The translations under genes and the position numbers were made by a program. Below are positions 30,301 through 37,913 of a stretch of 64,000 bases of DNA, piece after piece (within the stretch, counting starts at the first letter, position 1; each line of letters starts with the position of its first letter). Source of the stretch: Chloroflexota bacterium (lineage in GTDB: Bacteria > Chloroflexota > Dehalococcoidia > Lucifugimonadales > QGNO01); the NCBI GenBank assembly GCA_003228195.2, contig QGNO01000006.1:99-64098 (forward strand), written 5' to 3'. A model generated the notes under the pieces. The model saw only the letters and a program-made list of their open reading frames with translations. It was not told where the DNA came from and made no database searches.

Positions 30301-31909
30301 TTATTGCGTCGAGTGGCGGGTTCGTAACCTGCGCGAAAAGCTGCTTAAAGTAATTGAAGACAAGCTGTGGTTTCAGAGACAACACAGCTAGCGGTGTGTC
30401 ATTGCCCATCGAGCCAATCGGCTCCGCCCCTGAAACCGCCATAGGCCAAATTAGAAGACGCATCTCCTCAGCCGTGTACCCGAATGCGACTTCTCTTTCT
30501 GTCAGTGATGCTCCTTCAGTCAGGGGGTTGTACTGAACCTCTGGGAGATCCTCAAGGCGGTGCATATTTGTTTCCACCCACTCATGATATGGTTGGCGGG
30601 TGGTTATCTCTGCCTTCATCTCCTCATCGTCTATGATTCTTCCCTGTTCAGTGTCTAGGAGAAATATGCGACCTGGTCTCAGGCGTCCTTTATATAGAAC
30701 CTTCTCTGGAGGTACGTCCAGAACTCCCGTTTCTGAGGCCATTATTAGGAGATCGTCCTTGGTGACCGTATAGCGAAAGGGGCGTAATCCATTGCGATCA
30801 AGATTGGCTCCTATTCTGATACCGTCGGTGAAGGCCATAAGCGCGGGTCCGTCCCATGGCTCCATCAACGCCGCGTGATACTCGTAAAATGCTCGCTTTT
30901 CTCGCGAGATGCTCTTATTACCATTCCATGCCTCTGGTATCATCATCATCATTGCATGGGGAAGCGATCTTCCTGCAAGAACCAAAAGCTCAAACAGATT
31001 GTCGAAGCTTGCCGTGTCACTAGCATTTGGAGTTATGGTAGGGAAAAGCTTCTTTATATCTTTACCAAAGAGAGATGATGCGAGCAGCGCCTCCCTAGCA
31101 ACCATCCAATTTATATTTCCCCTAAGGGTGTTAATTTCTCCATTATGAGATACGTATCTATACGGGTGCGCCAGCTTCCATGAGCCAAGCGTGTTTGTGC
31201 TAAATCGAGAATGAACCATCGCAAACCCCGTTTTTATCAACGGGTTCTTAAGGTCTAGGAAATAACGGTCGAGCTGTGTCCCTGTTAAGAGACCTTTGTA
31301 AACGATTGTCCTGGTGGACAGGCTGCAAATGTAGAATTTCTCCAAGGCCTGCGTCTTATCTTTCGCCAATTCGTTCTCGACTATCTTCCGCACGACGTAC
31401 AGTTTTCTCTCCAAGCTCAACTGGCCTGCCACTTGACCGCCTTCTCCCACAAAGAATTGCTTTATCACGGGCTCAACATTCTTGGCTGTTCGCCCGATTT
31501 GGCTATTGTCAATATCCACCATGCGCCATCCAAGAAATTCGAGTCCCTCAGTTTCTACTACCCTTTCAATGGTTTCCTCACAATGTTTCATTTCCTTTTC
31601 CGTACTGGGCAAGAAAACCATACCTACACCATACCGACCGGCTTCCGGTATCTGGATTCCACTCTGTTTCGTCTGTTTCGCTAAAAATTCGTGCGGCAAC
31701 TGGATAAGCACGCCTGCTCCGTCACCAGTTTCGGGGTCACTCCCTTCAGCACCTCGGTGTGCAAGATGTCGCAACACCTCCATTCCGTACGACACTAAAT
31801 CGTAAGACTTTCTGCCCTTGATGTCGGCCACTATGCCCACTCCGCACGCGTCGTGTTCGAATTCAGGCCTATAAAGCCCGGGGTGTCTTTCTGATTTCTC
31901 CATAGCCAT
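27356..31909 (-). CDS. gltB: glutamate synthase large subunit
   Basis: About 1517 aa with an Ntn amidotransferase N-terminus (FEHDACGVG), FMN/3Fe-4S domain and a GXGXG C-terminal domain. ATG at 31909 shares one base with the glnA stop (TGATG). Confidence 0.95.
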   Translation of the reverse strand: MAMEKSERHPGLYRPEFEHDACGVGIVADIKGRKSYDLVSYGMEVLRHLAHRGAEGSDPETGDGAGVLIQLPHEFLAKQTKQSGIQIPEAGRYGVGMVFLPSTEKEMKHCEETIERVVETEGLEFLGWRMVDIDNSQIGRTAKNVEPVIKQFFVGEGGQVAGQLSLERKLYVVRKIVENELAKDKTQALEKFYICSLSTRTIVYKGLLTGTQLDRYFLDLKNPLIKTGFAMVHSRFSTNTLGSWKLAHPYRYVSHNGEINTLRGNINWMVAREALLASSLFGKDIKKLFPTITPNASDTASFDNLFELLVLAGRSLPHAMMMMIPEAWNGNKSISREKRAFYEYHAALMEPWDGPALMAFTDGIRIGANLDRNGLRPFRYTVTKDDLLIMASETGVLDVPPEKVLYKGRLRPGRIFLLDTEQGRIIDDEEMKAEITTRQPYHEWVETNMHRLEDLPEVQYNPLTEGASLTEREVAFGYTAEEMRLLIWPMAVSGAEPIGSMGNDTPLAVLSLKPQLVFNYFKQLFAQVTNPPLDAIREEMVTSLEMWLGSEGNLLEETAYQASQLKLPHPVITNEELEKIRQNTAPTLKAKTLSMLFDPECGSEAMQKALDLLLKAATSAVKEGNTIIVLSDRGSGPKLAPIPSLLATSAVHHHLIREGLRMKIGIIVESGEPREVQHFALLIGYGAGAVNPYLVFEILADSKGQEYALSDSLDFKGAQKNFIKATNKGLQKIASKMGISTMQSYRGAQIFEAIGLSQELTDRYFTWTPSRIGGAGIAVIQEESLRRHTRAYYQPKLPGQLDVEVGGVYQWRRDGEYHMWNPNAISLLQHASKTGDYITYKRFAHLADEYERNLCTLRGLLDFKRLDEPISLDEVESSSEIVKRFATGAISLGAISKEAHETLAIAMNRIDAKSNTGEGGEDYRRYTQDSNGDSRSSAIKQVASGRFGVTTNYLVNASDLQIKMAQGSKPGEGGQLPGHKVDEYIGWVRRTTPGVELISPPPHHDIYSIEDLAQLIHDLKNVNPAARIHVKLVAEVGVGTIAAGVSKGHADVVLISGDSGGTGASPESSIKHAGLPWELGIAETQQVLVQNDLRGRIVVQVDGQLKTGRDVAIACLLGAEEFGFSTAPLVTLGCIMLRKCHLNACSVGIATQDPDLRKQFAGQPEAVINYFFMVAQQLREIMAEMGFRTVNEMVGRVDFLESRSAIEHWKSKGIDLTELLYRPEESKHVATYCKEAQNHGLEAALDHELIRLANEALEGRGRIQASVPIGNHNRTVGAMLSGRVAMIYGEEGLPDDTIHYTFDGSAGQSFGAFLAKGVSLTLEGDANDYFGKGMSGGRLVAYPQKGSTFVAEENIIIGNVALYGATGGRAFIRGQAGERFAVRNSAAQAVVEGVGDHCCEYMTGGLIIVLGQTGRNFAAGMSGGLAFVLDEDGRFSDNCNTDMVDLESVDDPADQLALRQMIQWHTSHTGSETARNIIKNWKSMIPKFVKVMPIAYSKVLEEKQISQPKEIQAVLHG

Positions 31910-33249
31910 CAAAGTATTGGTAGGTACCGCTTGATTTCATAGTCCGTTACATGCCTGCTGTAAGTTTCCCATTCGATCTTCTTATTCTTGATAAAACTTT
32001 TGAAAAGGTGTTTTCCTAGAGCATCCTGTAGCATGTCACTTTCTTCCGCACAAGTGATCGCTTCCGACAGGCTCCCTGGGAGGGATTGAATCCCGCCCTC
32101 CTCTCTGTCCTCCACAGACATTTGGTGGACATTTGCCTCAACTGGCTCTGGAGGAACATATTTTCCCTCTACGCCTTGTATTCCCGCGGCCAGCAAGACA
32201 GCAAACGCCAAATAGGGGTTACACGAGGGGTCTGGGGCTCGATATTCGATCCTGACTGACTCATTTTTCCCCTCACGATACGCAGGAATTCTTATAAGAT
32301 CTGAGCGATTAATCCTGGCCCAAGAAATGTGCACTGGTGCCTCATAGCCTGGCACGAGCCTTTTATAAGAATTGACCCATTGATTAGTTACTAGGGTTAT
32401 TTCCCGAGCGTGCGTCATCAAGCCAGCAACAAACTGCCGCGCAAGCTCCGACAGCTTATATGGGTCTTTTTCCTCAAAGAATGCGTTTTTACCATCCTTA
32501 AATAAGGACATATTCACATGCATTCCGTTGCCATTGAGACCAGTTATAGGCTTTGGCATAAAAGAGGCGTAAACCCCGTTCCTTACCGCCACCTCCTTAA
32601 CTGCCTGTCGGTATGTCATTACCGTATCTGCCATCGTTAAGGCATCCGTATACCTTAAGTCTATCTCATGCTGGCTCGGGGCCACCTCGTGGTGGCTATA
32701 TTCAACCGGTATGCCGATGTCCTCTAGTGTGAGCACCGTCTCTCTTCTTAATTCAGTTGAAAGATCCTGTGGGGTTTGGTCAAAGTAGCCGCCTACATCT
32801 AGAAGCTCCGTTCCATCAGACCCCTTAAAATAAAAGTGCTCGATCTCTGGCCCTACATAAAATGTGTAACCCAAATCACTCGCGCGCTTCAAGTTACGCT
32901 TTAAAACACCCCTGGGATCTCCCTCAAAAACATCGCCTTCTGGAGTTACTATATCGCAGAACACTCTTCCTACCGCGTTCTCTCTTGGTCTCCACGGAAG
33001 AACTTGAAAGGTCGCCGGGTCTGGCCGCGCCACCATGTCGCTCTCATCGATGCGTGCAAATCCTTCTATCGAGGAGCCGTCAAATCCCATTCCTCTTTCA
33101 AAGGCGTTTTCGAGCTCAGCAGCATTCAAGGCAAATCCCTTGAGGTTGCCCAAAATATCAGCAAACCAAAGGCGCACGAATCTGACGTCATTGTCCCGGA
33201 CGCTTCTAAGAGCATATTCTATTGCATTGCTGCGTTCGTCTGTTTCCAT
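31909..33249 (-). CDS. glnA: glutamine synthetase type I
   Basis: 446 aa with VRFVRLWFADILG, FDGSSIEGF and HHEVAPSQHEI motifs. Confidence 0.93.
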   Translation of the reverse strand: METDERSNAIEYALRSVRDNDVRFVRLWFADILGNLKGFALNAAELENAFERGMGFDGSSIEGFARIDESDMVARPDPATFQVLPWRPRENAVGRVFCDIVTPEGDVFEGDPRGVLKRNLKRASDLGYTFYVGPEIEHFYFKGSDGTELLDVGGYFDQTPQDLSTELRRETVLTLEDIGIPVEYSHHEVAPSQHEIDLRYTDALTMADTVMTYRQAVKEVAVRNGVYASFMPKPITGLNGNGMHVNMSLFKDGKNAFFEEKDPYKLSELARQFVAGLMTHAREITLVTNQWVNSYKRLVPGYEAPVHISWARINRSDLIRIPAYREGKNESVRIEYRAPDPSCNPYLAFAVLLAAGIQGVEGKYVPPEPVEANVHQMSVEDREEGGIQSLPGSLSEAITCAEESDMLQDALGKHLFKSFIKNKKIEWETYSRHVTDYEIKRYLPIL

Positions 33250-33463
33250 AAGAGCCTGCCAGTCTATGTTGATTGTGAAGTAACTGTCAAATAGTTTGTG
33301 ATTGTTTTTTCAATCGCGTGATCCGTTCATCTCTGTTCGATACCTGTCGATTTAAGCAAATGTCGGTGGCATATTAAGCGTATTTAGGCCACAAATATGC
33401 CAAGTGATGACGCTTTCCGCATGCACATTTATATTGTTTGTTTAGAGCTAACCTGCCCCCGCT

Positions 33464-34465
33464 CTATTTACTGGCGTCACCACAAACCGTGTCTATAATC
33501 AGCCTCGTCACCACATATGGGTCCATATTCGCGTTGGGTCTTCTGTCTTCAATGTAGCCTTTCTTGTCTCTAGCAACCTGCCAAGGAATTCTGACCGAGG
33601 CACCTCGATCAGATACTCCATACGAAAAATCCTTATAGCTCGCCGTTTCGTGCAACCCCGTCAATCTGTCCTCAATTCCTGCCCCATAGTTCGCTATGTG
33701 TTCAGCCGCGTTTTTTCCCAATGCCTCTGCTGCTGCTATACAAGCATCGTAGTCTGATCTCATCTGTTTTGTCGAAATGTTGGTGTGCGCGCCCGCACCA
33801 TTCCAGTCACCTGGCACGGGCTTTGCCGCAAACGATACTGTCACTCCATAATCCTCTGCAATTCGGCCCAACAACCACCTAGCGATCCACAATTCATCTG
33901 CTGCCCTAGGGGTGCCCACCGGGCCTATTTGAAACTCCCATTGGCCTGGCATAACCTCTGCGTTTATTCCCGCAATGTGTAAGCCTGCCTGAAGACAGGC
34001 ATCCATATGAGCCTCCACTATATCTCTGCCAAAGATCACATCTGCTCCTACTCCGCAGTAATAATCTCCCTGCGGAGCGGGAAATCCGTTCTCGGGCCAG
34101 CCTAAGGGTGCAGCCCCCTCAAAGAACGTGTACTCTTGCTCTATGCCAAACCAGGTATCAAAGTCACCATATTTCTCCGAAGAAGCGGCGCATGCTGCTC
34201 TGGTATTTGTTGGATGTGGCTTCATGTCGGTCAACAAGGTCTCTGACAGCACAAGCACATCTTTGCCACCTCTTATGGGGTCTGGCACAGAAAGAACTGG
34301 GCTTAGGACTACATCGGAGTTGTCCCCGGTTGCCTGTTGAGTACTTGAGCCGTCAAAGCCCCACATCGGCGGATGTTTGCCATCCTCAACAATCTTTGTC
34401 TTAGAACGCAGTCGTACGGACGGCGAACTCCCATCTAACCACAAATATTCTGCTTTATATACCAT
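33464..34465 (-). CDS. glnII: glutamine synthetase type II (eukaryote-like)
   Basis: MVYKAEYLWLDG...LRSKTK N-terminus, a length of about 333 aa, and GAGAHTN and RIPW motifs. ATG at 34465 has SD GGAGGAAC. Confidence 0.88.
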   Translation of the reverse strand: MVYKAEYLWLDGSSPSVRLRSKTKIVEDGKHPPMWGFDGSSTQQATGDNSDVVLSPVLSVPDPIRGGKDVLVLSETLLTDMKPHPTNTRAACAASSEKYGDFDTWFGIEQEYTFFEGAAPLGWPENGFPAPQGDYYCGVGADVIFGRDIVEAHMDACLQAGLHIAGINAEVMPGQWEFQIGPVGTPRAADELWIARWLLGRIAEDYGVTVSFAAKPVPGDWNGAGAHTNISTKQMRSDYDACIAAAEALGKNAAEHIANYGAGIEDRLTGLHETASYKDFSYGVSDRGASVRIPWQVARDKKGYIEDRRPNANMDPYVVTRLIIDTVCGDASK

Positions 34466-34656
34466 TGTTCCTCCATGCACCATGTGCCAGGGCTTAGGCC
34501 TCGCTTTCAATGTCCACTTATTCGGATCATAGCTAGCAAGCGAGCGACCATATACAATTTTAATAACTACTATACAGGCCTGTTTTGTTTAAAACATCGC
34601 ATTTGTATTAACGGCGTGTTACAGAATTCCGTTATTACCCGTTGCGGCTGTTTGCG

Positions 34657-35424
34657 CTAACGGCCTTTGCCCCTTCTGCCTTCCCCGTCAACTTCAACGC
34701 CATCCGGCCTTAGCCGGTACCCCACATTCCGCACGGTCTCTATCAATGACTGCCCTGTATCCTCCAGCTTGCTACGGAGTCGCCTTATATGAACATCTAC
34801 CGTTCTAGCACCCTCATAATAATCATATTGCCAAACTTCACTTAATAACGCTTCCCTAGTGAACACTTTCCCCGGGTGACCTGCCAGCTTGCTGAGCAAC
34901 TCATACTCTTTAAATGTAAGGACCAGACGGCGGCCTCTATAGAAAACGTCATAGCTCGTCTTATCAATGTGTAGACCTGGGTAGGATCTCCGTGACCCGT
35001 GTGCTCCATTTAAAGACATCCTATTGACCGCCATACAGCGGGCGAGCCTAGCCGAAATCTCACCCTTAGCCGGGGGTACCAGAAAAAAGTCGGTTGCCTT
35101 CAATGGAACAAACCAGTCCAGCTTGCTTTTGGGCAGCGCACATAACAGGGGGATTTTCAGCGCTTCGAATTTTGCGGCTGCTGATTCTAAATAGCTCAAT
35201 CCAGATGAGCCGACGTCAAGAATGATCACCTTGGCCTCCAGATCAACGCTATCTATATCCCTGGAAATCGAATATGCGATACCCTCTTCCGCAAGGGCCA
35301 ACAGCAAGGCCTGATCGACCACTCCAGACGGCGCCAAGACGTCTACTTTAAACAACCCTACCCCAGTTCGGCTGAAGAAGGCCCAAGTTTCATCTGCTCT
35401 CAGCACGCGAGAAGCCCAAATCAT
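34657..35424 (-). CDS. OmpR/PhoB-type winged-helix regulator with atypical receiver domain (GlnR-like by context)
   Basis: The C-terminal effector domain LTFKEYELLSKLAGHPGKVFTREALLSEVW...VDVHIRRLRSKL...VRNVGYRL is canonical OmpR-family. The N-terminal receiver-like region keeps the IILDV Asp but reads FLVPP where xxKPF is expected. Confidence 0.75.
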   Translation of the reverse strand: MIWASRVLRADETWAFFSRTGVGLFKVDVLAPSGVVDQALLLALAEEGIAYSISRDIDSVDLEAKVIILDVGSSGLSYLESAAAKFEALKIPLLCALPKSKLDWFVPLKATDFFLVPPAKGEISARLARCMAVNRMSLNGAHGSRRSYPGLHIDKTSYDVFYRGRRLVLTFKEYELLSKLAGHPGKVFTREALLSEVWQYDYYEGARTVDVHIRRLRSKLEDTGQSLIETVRNVGYRLRPDGVEVDGEGRRGKGR

Positions 35425-35887
35425 TACATTTGTCGCATATCGTCTTGGGTATTAGCCCCAGCTCCATTAAACGCCCAAATACGAAGCAGCCCATGCAGAA
35501 ACCAATCACTAACTCTAGGGTCGCAAAGAAAAGCACAACCGCCAACAGAGAATACGCTGCTACTTGTAGTCCAAAAACGTAGTAAAAAATCAACGCCAAG
35601 ACCGATAAAGCAAGGCCTATCGACTGAGCGAATCTTTTCGGTGGGCCCGGTACAAGCCGGGGCCGTATCCCCATCATCGGAACCAACACTTTCGTCGCGA
35701 GGAGCCCTATAGGGCTATGCGACGGGCCAGTCAAGACTCTTGCTAAAAACCCATAAGCTATGAACCACATCAAGATCGAGATTTCAAACAAAATTGTCGC
35801 CCCAACTAGCACAACAACGCACCCAGCAACTGTCCTTGCGGCTACTTCATCAACTGGATGCGGGAATGAAAATATTTCCCTGATCAT
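35390..35887 (-). CDS. DUF4395 family membrane protein
   Basis: FPHPVDEVAARTVAG..., PKRFAQSIG, LELVIGFCMGCF, and a C-terminal CDKC. About 4 TM segments. Confidence 0.75.
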   Translation of the reverse strand: MIREIFSFPHPVDEVAARTVAGCVVVLVGATILFEISILMWFIAYGFLARVLTGPSHSPIGLLATKVLVPMMGIRPRLVPGPPKRFAQSIGLALSVLALIFYYVFGLQVAAYSLLAVVLFFATLELVIGFCMGCFVFGRLMELGLIPKTICDKCNDLGFSRAESR

Positions 35888-35973
35888 GGTCTCTCTTTTT
35901 TTGTCGTTACTATTTCGTCGCTACGAAGTTTTCATTCATCCCAATGGGTTCTTTTCCGAGCCAGGCTCGCCAA

Positions 35974-36984
35974 TCACCACCAAACCTTACCAGCAACGTC
36001 GCCCTTGAGATCTTCATACTCTTTTGTCCAAAGTCCCGCGCTAAGGTATTTCCACCCACCATCTGCCAAAAGGCAAACAATGTTTGCCTTTTCAAATCGC
36101 CGAGCGACTTTCAATGCAGCTGCGAGTACCGCGCCCGACGACACGCCAGCAAAGACCGCCTCTTTTCGCAGTAGCTCCTTTGTCATGCTAAAAGCGTCTT
36201 TGCTCTTTACTAAAATTCGCGCATCGAGGACTGTCTCATCGAGTACCGGTGGAACGAAGCCTTCCTCTAGGCTTCGTAACCCTTGTATCGCATCATCAGG
36301 CTCTGGGGTAGCAGCTACTATTCTAGCCTCTTTGTTATGCTCCTTTATACGCCTCCCAGCCCCGGTAAGCGTGCCTCCTGTGCCTAGTCCAGCAACGAAA
36401 ACGTCTACCTCAGGAAGCTGCTGGACTATCTCATTGCCCGTCCCATCGTAGTGAGCTTGCGGGTTTGCCTGGTTTCCATACTGATACAGCAAAACATATC
36501 GCCCATTCTCTTGGGCCATCTTTTGGGCATAAGGAATAGATCCATTAGTTCCGAGGGCACCTTCAGAAAAGTGAATCTTAGTACCATACGCCTCCAGAAG
36601 TTGGATCCGCTCTTTACTAACGCTTTCTGGCATTACAACCTCAAGCTCGTAGCCCTTCACCGCCGCTATCATTGCCAACGAGATTCCCGTGTTGCCACTA
36701 GTAGGCTCCAAGATAATCTTGCCGGCGCTAAGCAGGCCTGCAGATTCCGCGTTCTCTACCATTGTCAGAGCGATTCGATCTTTCACGCTTCCTGAGGGAT
36801 TCGCACCTTCCAGCTTAGCGAATAGCCGAACAGACGCACTTGGAGACATTCGAGGAAGCTCAATCAGTGGTGTTCTTCCTATTGCACCAATTATGTCGTT
36901 CGATGTAGTCAACTTATTATTGAAGGTGTTGCGGTCATGTGATTTCGCAACGTTTGTCTTAGTTTCTATAGCAGCCCCTCCCAC
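35974..36984 (-). CDS. PLP-dependent cysteine synthase (CysM/CysK family)
   Basis: TPLIELPR..., KLEGANPSGSVKDR (PLP Lys), SGNTG and GTGGT motifs; 336 aa with a roughly 30-aa N-terminal extension. Confidence 0.88.
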   Translation of the reverse strand: MGGAAIETKTNVAKSHDRNTFNNKLTTSNDIIGAIGRTPLIELPRMSPSASVRLFAKLEGANPSGSVKDRIALTMVENAESAGLLSAGKIILEPTSGNTGISLAMIAAVKGYELEVVMPESVSKERIQLLEAYGTKIHFSEGALGTNGSIPYAQKMAQENGRYVLLYQYGNQANPQAHYDGTGNEIVQQLPEVDVFVAGLGTGGTLTGAGRRIKEHNKEARIVAATPEPDDAIQGLRSLEEGFVPPVLDETVLDARILVKSKDAFSMTKELLRKEAVFAGVSSGAVLAAALKVARRFEKANIVCLLADGGWKYLSAGLWTKEYEDLKGDVAGKVWW

Positions 36985-36996
36985 CTACCTACTAAT

Positions 36997-37842
36997 CTAA
37001 TCGGCAGGTGCCGCCTCCTGTAGTTGCGGAATTCCGCAAAACTCTTCGTAGTCTATTAGCTCTGTAACTGAGGGGTTGTCGCCACAGACTGGGCATTCGC
37101 TGTTTCGGGGCACCTTCACTGTGCGAAAGCTCATCTCAAGGGCATCAAAAAGCAACAGACGCCCTGTTAGCGTTTCGCCGAGGCCCAAGATAAGCTTTAT
37201 CGCCTCAACAGCCTGTATCGAGCCAACAATTCCTGGTAAAACGCCAAGCACACCAGCCTCAGCACAGCTTGGCACCATGCCTGGAGGTGGGGGGGTGGGG
37301 TACAAACAACGATAGCAGCCTTTGGTCGGAACGAACGTAGAAGCCTGGCCCTCAAAAAGGAAGATGCTCCCATGCACGCAAGGCTTCTTGAGCATTACCG
37401 TCGCGTCGTTCACCAAATATCTTGTTGGAAAATTGTCGCTGCCGTCAACAACTATATCGTATGGCTCCATCACTTCAAGCGCATTGGCAGATGACAGAGG
37501 CTCACGGTGTTTGACTACTTTCACATCAGGGTTCAATCCGGCTATAGTTTCTTCAGCAGAGTCAACTTTTAGCCTTCCTATATCCTTTGTTCTATGAAGG
37601 AGTTGTCTTTGCAAATTCGTTATGTCCACTTCGTCAAAGTCAACAATTCCCATTGTACCAACTCCAGCAGCGGCCATATACAGGGCTGCCGGTGACCCTA
37701 ATCCCCCGGCTCCAATCAAAAGTACCTTGGCTTCGAGCAGTCGCCGTTGCCCTGCTCCGCCGACTTGCGGCATTATAATATGCCTACTATATCGTTTCGC
37801 CTGCTCTGGCGAAAACGGCTTCGCCTCTATTGCTTGGGCCAC
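36997..37842 (-). CDS. MoeB/ThiF/HesA family E1-like adenylyltransferase
   Basis: RYSRHIIMPQVG..GQ..L, GAGGLGSP nucleotide loop, and CYRC plus CPVC zinc cysteines. It has no rhodanese domain. GTG start with SD AAGGAGAGGAG. Confidence 0.88.
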   Translation of the reverse strand: MAQAIEAKPFSPEQAKRYSRHIIMPQVGGAGQRRLLEAKVLLIGAGGLGSPAALYMAAAGVGTMGIVDFDEVDITNLQRQLLHRTKDIGRLKVDSAEETIAGLNPDVKVVKHREPLSSANALEVMEPYDIVVDGSDNFPTRYLVNDATVMLKKPCVHGSIFLFEGQASTFVPTKGCYRCLYPTPPPPGMVPSCAEAGVLGVLPGIVGSIQAVEAIKLILGLGETLTGRLLLFDALEMSFRTVKVPRNSECPVCGDNPSVTELIDYEEFCGIPQLQEAAPAD

Positions 37843-37872
37843 TTTCTCCTCTCCTTATGTAGCTTTTTGATC

Positions 37873-37913
37873 ATAAAAAGCATCTCGCCCCAGGCGCTGC
37901 CTGGGGCGAGATG
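37873..37913 (-). terminator. intrinsic terminator-like hairpin inside the moeB 5' leader (attenuator candidate)
   Basis: 14-bp perfect stem CATCTCGCCCCAGG / CCTGGGGCGAGATG (37881-37913) with a 5-nt loop. On the minus strand it is followed by CTTTTTAT, and it ends about 38 nt upstream of the moeB GTG. Confidence 0.6.

Noticed and set aside
33250-33463. glnA RNA / glutamine riboswitch upstream of glnA.
   Set aside because: A CGTTCATC-like string occurs only on the non-coding (plus) strand, and the GGAAGTAGG core is absent.
35910-36095. 61-aa minus-strand ORF near the cysM 3' end as a possible missing sulfur-carrier protein.
   Set aside because: It overlaps the cysM coding end in another frame, does not end in Gly-Gly, and has no ThiS/MoaD-like beta-grasp pattern.
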